A DNA stretch of 64,000 nt from an uncultured Pseudomonadota bacterium (lineage in GTDB: Bacteria > Pseudomonadota > Gammaproteobacteria > Xanthomonadales > Rhodanobacteraceae), in NCBI GenBank assembly GCA_963828685.1, contig CAWHFU010000011.1, positions 45,893-109,892 on the forward strand. The letters are read 5' to 3'. Within the stretch, counting starts at the first letter, position 1. The number at the start of each line of letters is the position of its first letter. Below, piece after piece: positions 50,338-58,451 of the stretch. The position numbers were made by a program, and so were the translations under genes. The notes under the pieces were generated by a model. That model had not been told where the DNA came from. It saw only the letters and a list, made by a program, of their open reading frames with translations, and made no database searches.

Positions 50338-51696
50338 TCAACCAATCCCCAGCCCATCAATACCGGCGATGACTGCGCCATCGAACCCCGCCAACTCGGC
50401 AAACCGCCGCCCCCGATCCGCGTAGTCCCTGAACTGATCGAAGCTGGGTGCGCCGGGCGACAGCAGGATCACGCCGTCGGCAGGGGTCAGTGCCTTCGCC
50501 TCGGCGATGGCGGCGGCGAGGCTGTCGACCAGTGCCAGCGGGCACGATACGCCGGCGGCGCGTAGCGCGTCGGCGATGCGGCCACCGTTGCTGCCCATGC
50601 AGACGATCGCGTGCGGCGGTGTCGCGCGCATCGCCTCGACGAACGGCGTCCAGTCCAGGCCGCGATCGTGGCCACCGACCAGCACGCTGACGCGGCGGCC
50701 ATCCAGGCTTTCCAGCGCGGCCAGGGTGGCCAGCGGCGTGGTGCTGATCGAGTCGTTGATCCAGTGCCAGCCGTCGTGCTGACCGAGCGGCTGCAGCCGA
50801 TGCGGCAGCGGGCGGAACGTCGCCAGCGCCGAGGCGGCGGCCAGCGCATCCATGCCGACCGCGGCCAGCGCGGCCAGCGCGGCGCAGGCATTCAATGCGT
50901 TGTGCAGGCCCGGCGCAGCCAATTGCTCGATCGGAAACACGTCCTGACCGCCGCGCCGGATGAAGCCGTCGGCGACATGCCAGCCCTGCGGCTGGCCGAA
51001 CAGCAGCCGGTGCGGATGCGCCTGGGTGTGATCGAGCAAGTGCGGCTGCAGCGCATTGACCAGCAGTTGCCGCGACACGTCGGCCAGGCGCAGCTTGTCG
51101 GCCACGTACTGCTCGCGCGAGCCGTGCCAGTCGAGGTGTTCCTCGTACAGGCTGGTAATCATGCCCAGCTCCAGCGCGCCGGCTTCGGCGGTCTGGAAGC
51201 TGGACAGTTCGATCACCCACAGGTCGGCGTGCTGCTCGCGCAGCTCCAGCAGCGGCAAGCCGATATTGCCAGCCAGCGCGGTGCGCACGCCGAGGCTGCG
51301 GGCCAGATGGGCGAGCATCGCGCTGGTGGTGCTCTTGCCCTTGGTGCCGGTGACGGCGATCACCCGGGCATCGGGATTCTCCGCAAACCACAGCGCGGTG
51401 CCGGAAGTGAAATGGGTGCCCTGCGCCTGCGCCGCCAGCAACGCCGGCTTGTACGCCGAGATGCCGGGCGACTTCAGCACCACCTCGAAGCGGCCCAGCG
51501 CGGCGGCATCCGGCTCGCCGCCGATCACTTCGAGCGCGGGATCGAAGGCGCGGGCCGCGTCCACTTCGGCGGCGCTGCAGAACAGGGTGAGGCGCTGCTG
51601 CGGCAAGCGCTGGCGCAAGGCGGCGAGCGCGGCGCGACCTTCGCGCCCGAAGCCCCAGATCGCGACACGACGGTCGGCCAGCGCGGCGAGGTGCAT
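50338..51696 (-). CDS. murD2: MurD paralogue outside the dcw cluster: candidate UDP-MurNAc-L-Ala--L-glutamate ligase MurD2
   Basis: MHLAALADRRVAIWGFGREG..., VIAVTGTKGKSTT, the Mur ligase central and C-terminal domains. The start overlaps the stop of the upstream murL-like gene by 1 nt (TGATG). Confidence 0.75.
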   Translation of the reverse strand: MHLAALADRRVAIWGFGREGRAALAALRQRLPQQRLTLFCSAAEVDAARAFDPALEVIGGEPDAAALGRFEVVLKSPGISAYKPALLAAQAQGTHFTSGTALWFAENPDARVIAVTGTKGKSTTSAMLAHLARSLGVRTALAGNIGLPLLELREQHADLWVIELSSFQTAEAGALELGMITSLYEEHLDWHGSREQYVADKLRLADVSRQLLVNALQPHLLDHTQAHPHRLLFGQPQGWHVADGFIRRGGQDVFPIEQLAAPGLHNALNACAALAALAAVGMDALAAASALATFRPLPHRLQPLGQHDGWHWINDSISTTPLATLAALESLDGRRVSVLVGGHDRGLDWTPFVEAMRATPPHAIVCMGSNGGRIADALRAAGVSCPLALVDSLAAAIAEAKALTPADGVILLSPGAPSFDQFRDYADRGRRFAELAGFDGAVIAGIDGLGIG

Positions 51697-53120
51697 CAGC
51701 CGATCGTCGCCAGCGCGGGCTGCAGGCGCGGCGGCACGCGGTGTTCCGGTGACGGCTCCAGCCACGGTTCCAGCGCCAGCTGGCTGACGTCGAGCTGGGG
51801 CAGGATCTCGCTGCGGAAGCGCGCCACCAGCGCGTCCTCCTGCCACTCCGGCCGCTGGCTCAGCGCATACATCGCCGCGCGCGCCTCGGCGCCCTCACCC
51901 ACGCATTCGAACGGCTTGTGATCCTGATATTCCAGCAGCGCATCGAAGCCGCCCGCCAGAGTCTCGTCGTCGAGCAGGTTGCGTCCGAAGATCGACAGCA
52001 GCCGCGGCTTGGGCAGGAACGGCGCCAGCGCCAGGAACACGAAGTGGCATTTCGGGCACTGCCCGCACCAGCGATCGGCCGGCTTGGGACCGAGCAGCTT
52101 GAAGTTGCGGTTGCAGCTGGAGAAGCCGTCGAAGTACGGCGTCAGTTTCGCGAACGCGCGGGTGATCGCCAGCTCCGAATAGGGCCGCAGCAGCGAGCAG
52201 TAATCCAGGTCGCTGGCCACGTGCGTGTGCAGCCAGTTGCCCAGCAGCTGCTCGAACGCGTAGCCCTTGCTCCACTGGTGGTTCACCTGCTGGCCGTCGT
52301 ATTCCAGCGTGGCGGCCGAGGCCGAGCGCTCGTTGGCGAACGCGATCGAGTCATAGCCATACAGGATCGCCGCGACCGCCAGGATCGCCGAGTTCACCGC
52401 GGTGACCGGGATATGTCCGTTCCAGGCGCCGAGCCGGTTCAGCTCGAACAGCGCCGGCGCCAGTTCGCGCTGGATGTTCAGCATGGGCAGGCCGGTGCGC
52501 TCGGCGCAGGCTGCGATCAGCGCGGAATTGCCGACCCATACTGCGGTCGCCTCGCCACCGATCGACTTGATCGCCTCCACCGCGACCAGCGAATCCTTGC
52601 CGCCGCCGATGGGGACCAGGGTGCGTTTGGGCAGGTTGAGGTTGGGCGCCGCGCTTCGATCGCCGGCTTGTGGCGAGGCCGCCCCCTCACCTCGACCCTC
52701 CTCCACCCGCAAGGGGACTCCCATGGGTCGCCGCAGGGGAGAGGGGGACAAGCGCGGGAAGGCAATGCGTCCGCGCAGGTCGAGCCCGTTGCGATAGGCG
52801 AACTCGGCCAGCCCGTGCAGATACAACTCGTCCAGCAGCTCGGCGCTGGCGTCGTCGAGCGGGCCATCGGCCACGTCGATCTTCGGCGGCACACCGGCCT
52901 TGTAATAGCTGATGCCGGCGATCAGATGCAGCATCCCCAGCGCGGCATCGAACGCCGCCCGGCGCCCGGCCGGCAGCGCCGGCGCATTCGGAAAGCGGAT
53001 CCGCTCGACCAGCTCCTCGCCATCGTCGAACGCATAGCCGAGCTCGGCCACGCCATCGGCATAGCTGGCACGGGTGAAGCGGAACACCTGGGTCAGGCGC
53101 GGTTGCATGGTTGTGGTCAC
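51696..53120 (-). CDS. murL: Candidate MurL (UDP-MurNAc-L-Ala-L-Glu epimerase) with PP-loop-like GGGKDS motif; carries an in-frame REP-derived insert
   Basis: Translationally coupled to the murD paralogue. LVPIGGGKDSLVA, and a C-terminal CGQCPKCHFVFLAL Cys motif. Assignment rests on gene context plus my recollection of the Xanthomonas MurD2/MurL pair. Confidence 0.55.
   Translation of the reverse strand: MTTTMQPRLTQVFRFTRASYADGVAELGYAFDDGEELVERIRFPNAPALPAGRRAAFDAALGMLHLIAGISYYKAGVPPKIDVADGPLDDASAELLDELYLHGLAEFAYRNGLDLRGRIAFPRLSPSPLRRPMGVPLRVEEGRGEGAASPQAGDRSAAPNLNLPKRTLVPIGGGKDSLVAVEAIKSIGGEATAVWVGNSALIAACAERTGLPMLNIQRELAPALFELNRLGAWNGHIPVTAVNSAILAVAAILYGYDSIAFANERSASAATLEYDGQQVNHQWSKGYAFEQLLGNWLHTHVASDLDYCSLLRPYSELAITRAFAKLTPYFDGFSSCNRNFKLLGPKPADRWCGQCPKCHFVFLALAPFLPKPRLLSIFGRNLLDDETLAGGFDALLEYQDHKPFECVGEGAEARAAMYALSQRPEWQEDALVARFRSEILPQLDVSQLALEPWLEPSPEHRVPPRLQPALATIG
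52681..52747 (-). repeat. 67-bp REP-like element, copy inside the murL coding sequence
   Basis: The reverse complement is about 94 percent identical to 53144-53210. Translated in frame as SPSPLRRPMGVPLRVEEGRGEGAA. Confidence 0.8.
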
Positions 53121-53123
53121 TCT

Positions 53124-53549
53124 TCACTCTCCGGCGCGAACTGCCCCCTCTCCCCTGCGGCGACCCATGGGAGTCCCCTTGCGGGTGGAGGAGGGCTGGG
53201 GTGAGGGGGCCGCGCTTGCCACAGCCGCCACAATCACCTCAAGCACGCTCTCGATGTTCATCAATACGTCATTGTTCCAGAAACGCAGCACGCGGTATCC
53301 CCCGGCTTGCAGATGTCGCGTGCGGCGCTCGTCGTAATCCAGCTGATCGGCATGCTGGCCGCCATCCAGCTCGACGATCAACAGGCTGTCAGTGCAGACG
53401 AAATCAACGATGTAATGGTCGATTTCATGCTGCCGGCGGAATTTGTGCCCACACAGCTGCCGATTGCGCAGCCGACACCAGAGTTTCCGCTCGGCGTCCG
53501 TCAAGTTTTGGCGCAGTCCGCGCGCCCGATCCACGTTCTGGCGTTTCAT
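53124..53549 (-). CDS. DUF559 (Vsr-like) endonuclease-domain protein
   Basis: MKRQNVDRARGLRQNLTDAERKLWCRLRNRQLCGHKFRRQHEIDHYIVDFVC...LIVELDGGQH...RVLRFWNNDV is the DUF559 signature. The last 35 or so codons are REP-encoded. Confidence 0.75.
   Translation of the reverse strand: MKRQNVDRARGLRQNLTDAERKLWCRLRNRQLCGHKFRRQHEIDHYIVDFVCTDSLLIVELDGGQHADQLDYDERRTRHLQAGGYRVLRFWNNDVLMNIESVLEVIVAAVASAAPSPQPSSTRKGTPMGRRRGEGAVRAGE
53144..53210 (+). repeat. 67-bp REP-like element, copy between murL and the DUF559 gene (forms the 3' tail of the DUF559 ORF)
   Basis: ccccctctcccctgcggcgacccatgggagtccccttgcgggtggaggagggctggggtgagggggc. Confidence 0.8.
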
Positions 53550-53588
53550 CCTTGAAAAGCTCCGTTTGATGAGGGTCTGAGGTGGCGT

Positions 53589-53624
53589 GCCCCTCACCTC
53601 AATCCTCTCCCCAAAGGGGAGAGG
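53589..53624. repeat. REP-like element (GCCCCTCACC + CCTCTCCCC-aaa-GGGGAGAGG hairpin)
   Basis: 9-bp perfect stem. Inverse orientation of the 5046 copy. Confidence 0.6.
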
Positions 53625-53634
53625 AGGATAGACG

Positions 53635-56289
53635 TCAGTCGATGATGATTTCCTCGGCCTCGTCGCGCAGGTTGTAGCGACTGGACATCACCTTGCCGTA
53701 GGCGCCGGCCTGGGCGATCAGCATCACGTCACCTTCCTGCGCCTCGGGCAGGCGGCGGTCGGTGCCCAGTACGTCGCCGCTCTCGCAGATCGGGCCGACG
53801 ATCTGGAACAGGCCGGTGGCCGGCTCGTCGAATCGGCTCAGGTTGACGATCTCGTGCCAGGCGTCGTACAGCGCCGGACGGATCAGGCTATTCATGCCGG
53901 TATCCAGGCCGAGGTAGCGCAGCGCACCCTTGCCCTTCTGCTGGGTCACCCGCGCCAGCAACACGCCGGCGTCGGCGACCAGATAGCGGCCTGGCTCCAT
54001 CCACAGCTGGTAGTGCGGGTAGGCGGCCTTCACCTCGCGCAGCACGCGATCGAGCGCCACCATGTCCAGCGCGGCCTCGCCCGGATGCGAGGGCACACCG
54101 AGGCCACCGCCGATGTCGATGAAGCTGACGCTGCCGATGCGCTCGGCCAGGCTGGCCAGCTGCGCGTACACCTCGCCCCAGTGGGTATCGTCGAGAATGC
54201 CCGAGCCCAGGTGCGCGTGCAGGCCGCGCACGCTCACGCCATGCGCATCGGCCAGACGCAGGAACGCATCGAGCTGATCCACCGGCAGGCCGAACTTGCT
54301 GCCGCTGCCGCCGGTACGCACCTTTTCGTGATGGCCCAGGCCGCGACCCAGGTCGACCCGCAGCACGATCTCGCGATCGCGGAACAGCTCGCCCCAGTGC
54401 TCCAGCGGATACAACGAATCCAGCGACACGGTAGCGCGCGTGCCCAGCGCCCAAGCGTAGTCCTCGCGCGGTGCGAAATTCGGCGTGAACAGCAGCGGCG
54501 CCGACTCCGGCACCGCGGCCATCACCGCCTTCAGCTCGCCCGGCGACACGCATTCGAAGCCGAAGCCTTCCGCGGCCAATGCGGCCAGGATCGCCGGATG
54601 GGTGTTCGCCTTCACCGCGTAATGCAGCCGGTCCACCGCCGCCAGGGTCTTCAGCGCGCGCGCCTGCTGGCGCACCGTGGGCAGGTGATAGACGTAGCGC
54701 GGCGTCGCCTCGCGGGCCAGCTCGAGCAGCGCCTGCCGCTGCGCTCCGCGCCACCAGGCGGTCGCCGCGCCGGCCGCCTCGCCGCTGCCGTAGAGCGTCT
54801 GCCAGCTGGGACCGAACAGGGCGCTGTCGTCGGTGCGCAGGGCGCCGGCGGTGATCAGCAACTCGTGCAGGTGCGGCAGCAGCGCGTCGACCACTTCCTC
54901 GTCCACCACGAAAGTGAGATTGAGGTTGTTCGAGGACTGCGAAATCATGTGCACGCGCAGCTGGCCGAACTCGGCCAGCACGCCGGAAAGCGTATGCAGC
55001 ATCGAACGCATGCCGCGGCCGACCAGGGTGATCGCGGCACACGGCGCGATCACCTTGACCCGGCACACCTTGGCCAGGTCGGTGGCCAGCGCGGCGATGG
55101 CGTCGGAGTCGAGCAGGTTCTCGGTAGGATCCAGCGACACCGTGACATTCGTCTCGGCCGAACCGATCAGGTCCACCGACAGGCCATGCTGCTTGAAGTG
55201 CATGAACACGTCGGCAAGGAAGCCGACCTGCTGCCACATGCCGACCGATTCCATCGAGACCAGGGTGATGCCCTTGCGCGCGCTGATCGCCTTGACGCTG
55301 GGCGCATGCGCGCGCACCTCGGGCCCGATCACCGTGCCGTCCAGCTCGGGCCGATTGGTGTCCTTGATCAGCAACGGCACACGCGGCTCGCGCAGCGGCT
55401 GCAGACAGCGCGGATGCAACACCTTGGCGCCGGTGGAGGCGATTTCCTGTGCCTCCTCGTAGTCCAGTCGTTGCAGCAGGCGCGCGCCCGGCACCTGGCG
55501 CGGGTTGGCGGTAAACATGCCGGCCACGTCGGTCCAGATTTCCACCCGCTGCGCTTTCAGCAAGGCCCCGAAGTACGCCGCCGAGGTATCCGAACCGCCA
55601 CGACCGAGCAGCACCGTGCGGCCGGCGCCCGTATCCGAACCGGCCTCGCGCGCGATGAAGCCCTGGGTGATGAATACTTCGCCCTGCCCGGCCAGCCGCG
55701 CGGCCAGCTGCGGATCGGGGCGCGAGTCGACCATCGAGGACAGCAGCCGGGTACGCTCGTTCTGGTTCGGCAGGGCCGCCGCGACGAGGCAGTCGCGGGC
55801 GTCCAGCCACTGGGTGGGCAGCCCGCTGTGGCTGAGGAACGCCGCCCCCAGCGCGCTGGACATCAGCTCGCCATGCGCCTGCACCTGCGCCTGCCAGGCC
55901 AGCTCGCCCAGGGCGGCGGCACCGGCATCGGCGAGCCTGGCCAGATCACCGAGACGGGCACCCAGCGTGTCCGGCAGCGCCAGCTGCATGTGTTCGAGCA
56001 GTTCGTAATGGCGCTGCGCGATGGCCCTGGCGGCCTCGTTGCGCCTGCCCCGCTCGCCTTCGACGCACAGCTGTTTCAGCGCATCGGTGACGCCGGTCAG
56101 CGCGGACACCACCACCAGCACGCGGGCGCCTTCGGCGTGGCGGCTGGCGACCAGTTCACGAATATTCTGCCAACGCGGCAACGTGGCGACACTGGTGCCG
56201 CCGAACTTCATCACGATCCAGGGGGCGTTGGCGGGCAGCGGCGCAGGGGTTGGCAGGCTCACGGTTATCCGGTGTCGTCGTGTGGTCAA
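53635..56289 (-). CDS. lysA: Bifunctional aspartate kinase / diaminopimelate decarboxylase (LysC-LysA fusion)
   Basis: The N-terminal half is an aspartokinase (VMKFGGTSVA, GRGGSDTSAAYF, ACT region). The C-terminal half is a PLP decarboxylase (HYAVKANTHPAIL, GSKFG, CESGDVLG). Confidence 0.85.
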   Translation of the reverse strand: MTTRRHRITVSLPTPAPLPANAPWIVMKFGGTSVATLPRWQNIRELVASRHAEGARVLVVVSALTGVTDALKQLCVEGERGRRNEAARAIAQRHYELLEHMQLALPDTLGARLGDLARLADAGAAALGELAWQAQVQAHGELMSSALGAAFLSHSGLPTQWLDARDCLVAAALPNQNERTRLLSSMVDSRPDPQLAARLAGQGEVFITQGFIAREAGSDTGAGRTVLLGRGGSDTSAAYFGALLKAQRVEIWTDVAGMFTANPRQVPGARLLQRLDYEEAQEIASTGAKVLHPRCLQPLREPRVPLLIKDTNRPELDGTVIGPEVRAHAPSVKAISARKGITLVSMESVGMWQQVGFLADVFMHFKQHGLSVDLIGSAETNVTVSLDPTENLLDSDAIAALATDLAKVCRVKVIAPCAAITLVGRGMRSMLHTLSGVLAEFGQLRVHMISQSSNNLNLTFVVDEEVVDALLPHLHELLITAGALRTDDSALFGPSWQTLYGSGEAAGAATAWWRGAQRQALLELAREATPRYVYHLPTVRQQARALKTLAAVDRLHYAVKANTHPAILAALAAEGFGFECVSPGELKAVMAAVPESAPLLFTPNFAPREDYAWALGTRATVSLDSLYPLEHWGELFRDREIVLRVDLGRGLGHHEKVRTGGSGSKFGLPVDQLDAFLRLADAHGVSVRGLHAHLGSGILDDTHWGEVYAQLASLAERIGSVSFIDIGGGLGVPSHPGEAALDMVALDRVLREVKAAYPHYQLWMEPGRYLVADAGVLLARVTQQKGKGALRYLGLDTGMNSLIRPALYDAWHEIVNLSRFDEPATGLFQIVGPICESGDVLGTDRRLPEAQEGDVMLIAQAGAYGKVMSSRYNLRDEAEEIIID

Positions 56290-56395
56290 AAAAACGTCGC
56301 GCCAGTGTTGCGCTGCGGCAAAACAAATGCAATGGCCGGCGTGAATCTCCCATTTGGCCGTTTAGACTTCCAATCCATCCTGGTCGCCGACTCCG

Positions 56396-56434
56396 CCCCC
56401 TCTCCCCTCCGGGGAGAGGGCTGGGGTGAGGGGC
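56396..56434. repeat. REP-like element
   Basis: ccccctctcccc-tcc-ggggagaggg + ctggggtgaggggc. Confidence 0.6.
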
Positions 56435-56494
56435 CACGCCACCACGCAATCTCATCAGCGGAAAGCCCTTTGCCAGAACTTCCCGCGAGCACCC

Positions 56495-56579
56495 GCCCCT
56501 CACCTCGATCCTTGGCAATTGCTCCTTGGCATTGCTCTAGCTCCTGCATCCATGCAGTCGTCTCCCCACTGGGGAGACG
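56495..56579. repeat. Composite REP-like element
   Basis: gcccctcacctcgatcc, an internal ccttggcaattgct/ccttggcattgct duplication, and the hairpin cgtctcccc-act-ggggagacg. Confidence 0.5.
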
Positions 56580-56611
56580 AGGTGCACGCGTATGCTGCGC
56601 GCAAGATTTTT

Positions 56612-58127
56612 CTACTGGACAACCACGGGGATCTTGCCGATCCGCGCCTGCCACTCGCGCGGGCCGGTCTGATGCACCGAACTGCCGAGCGAATCGACCG
56701 CCACCGTCACCGGCATGTCCTCGACGGTGAACTCGTAGATCGCCTCCATGCCCAGGTCGGCAAAGCCGACCACGCGCGCAGCCTTGATCGCCTTGGACAC
56801 CAGGTAGGCCGCGCCGCCGACCGCCATCAGATACACCGACTGGTGCGTCTTGATCGCCTCGATCGCCGCCGGGCCGCGCTCGGCCTTGCCGACCATGCCG
56901 AGCAGGCCGGTCTGCGCCAGCACCTGCTCGGTGAACTTGTCCATCCGCGTGGCCGTGGTGGGGCCGGCCGGACCGACCACCTCGTCGCGCACCGGATCGA
57001 CCGGGCCCACGTAGTAGATGAAACGACCCTTGAAATCCACGGGCAACTCCTCGCCCTTGTTCAGCATCTCGACCATGCGCTTGTGCGCGGCATCGCGCCC
57101 GGTCAGCAACTTGCCATTGAGCAGCAGCGTTTCGCCGGGTTTCCAGCTCGCCACGTCCTCGCGCGTCACGCGTGTCCAGGTTCACCCGACGGCCCTTCGA
57201 GCTGTCGTAGGTGAGCTGCGGCCAGTCCTTCAGCGACGGCGGGTCGAGCATCACCGGGCCGGAACCGTCCAGGGTGAAATGCGCATGCCGGGTCGCCGCG
57301 CAGTTCGGGATCAGCGCCACCGGCAGGTTCGCCGCGTGGGTCGGATAGTCCTTGATCTTGATGTCGAGCACGGTGGTGAGACCGCCCAGTCCCTGCGCAC
57401 CGATACCCAGCGCATTGACCTTGTCGTACAGCTCGATGCGCAGCTCTTCGGCACGATTGGACGGACCGCGCGCAATCAGCTCCTGGATGTCGATCGGCTC
57501 CATCAGGGCTTCCTTCGCCAGCAGCATCGCCTTCTCGGCGGTGCCGCCGATGCCGATGCCGAGCATGCCCGGCGGACACCAGCCGGCGCCCATCGTCGGC
57601 ACGGTCTTCAGCACCCAGTCGACGATCGAATCGGACGGGTTGAGCATCGCGAACTTCGACTTCGCCTCGGAGCCGCCGCCCTTCGCCGCCACGATCACGT
57701 CGAGCGTGTCGCCCGGCACGATCGACACATTGATGATCGCCGGGGTGTTGTCCTTGGTGTTGATGCGCTTGCCGGCCGGGTCGGCCAGGATGCTGGCACG
57801 CAGCTTGTTGTCCGGATCGTTGTAGGCGCGGCGCACGCCCTCGTTGATCATCTCGTCCAGCGACAGCGTGGCGTCCCACTGCACGTTCATGCCGACCTTG
57901 AGGAACACGGTGACGATGCCGGTGTCCTGGCACAGCGGCCGGTGCCCTTCGGCTGCCATCCGCGAGTTGATCAGGATCTGCGCCATCGCGTCCTTCGCGG
58001 CCGGGCTTTCCTCGCGTTCGTACGCGGCGGCCAGGCCCTTGATGTAGTCGACCGGGTGGTAATAGCTGATGTATTGCAGGGCGTCGGCTACCGACTGGAT
58101 CAGATCGTCTTGCTTGATGAGGGTCAT
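56612..58127 (-). pseudogene. fumA: Class I (Fe-S) fumarate hydratase, frame broken near 57166-57176
   Basis: The N-terminal domain runs from the ATG at 58127 (MTLIKQDDLIQSVADALQYISYYHP...CQDTGIV...KGGGSE) to ...KGRRVNLDT. The C-terminal domain continues in another frame from 57169 (TREDVASWKPGE...GRDAAHKRM...GKAERG). Length is 1516 nt, which is 3n+1. Confidence 0.8.
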
Positions 58128-58451
58128 GGCGCTGGCTTCGGCTCCGGAAAAATGCTGCGTCGCCAACGGCCGCTGACGACGCACAACCCTCTTATTGTGC
58201 CGCAAATCCACCGACAAGCCGAAAGCCGGCAATGGACAAGACCATGTGATCCGCACATAGGCGGCCGGATGCTTCCAGGCCTGGCCATCCGGTACTAAGC
58301 TTGGCGAGCCAGCGCGGTGGTCTTCAGGGGTCGCGCTGGGTTTCAGGGTTTGACTCGACCAAATGGCTCGCGGTTCACGCGGGAGACAGCGCGTCGTGCA
58401 GTGATGCCGACGCCCGCCAGCGGCGACCGCCTCTACCCTTGGAGAACAGAC

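Noticed and set aside
53854-56730. 958-aa plus-strand ORF antisense to lysC-lysA. Similar long ORFs occur at 6017-7690, 25582-26865, 29646-31409, 39969-41774, 14287-16035 and 16367-18247.
   Set aside because: These are typical shadow ORFs of high-G+C DNA. Their composition is Arg/Gly/Ala/Pro/His-rich with no recognisable motifs. Each fully overlaps a gene with unambiguous conserved motifs on the other strand or in another frame.
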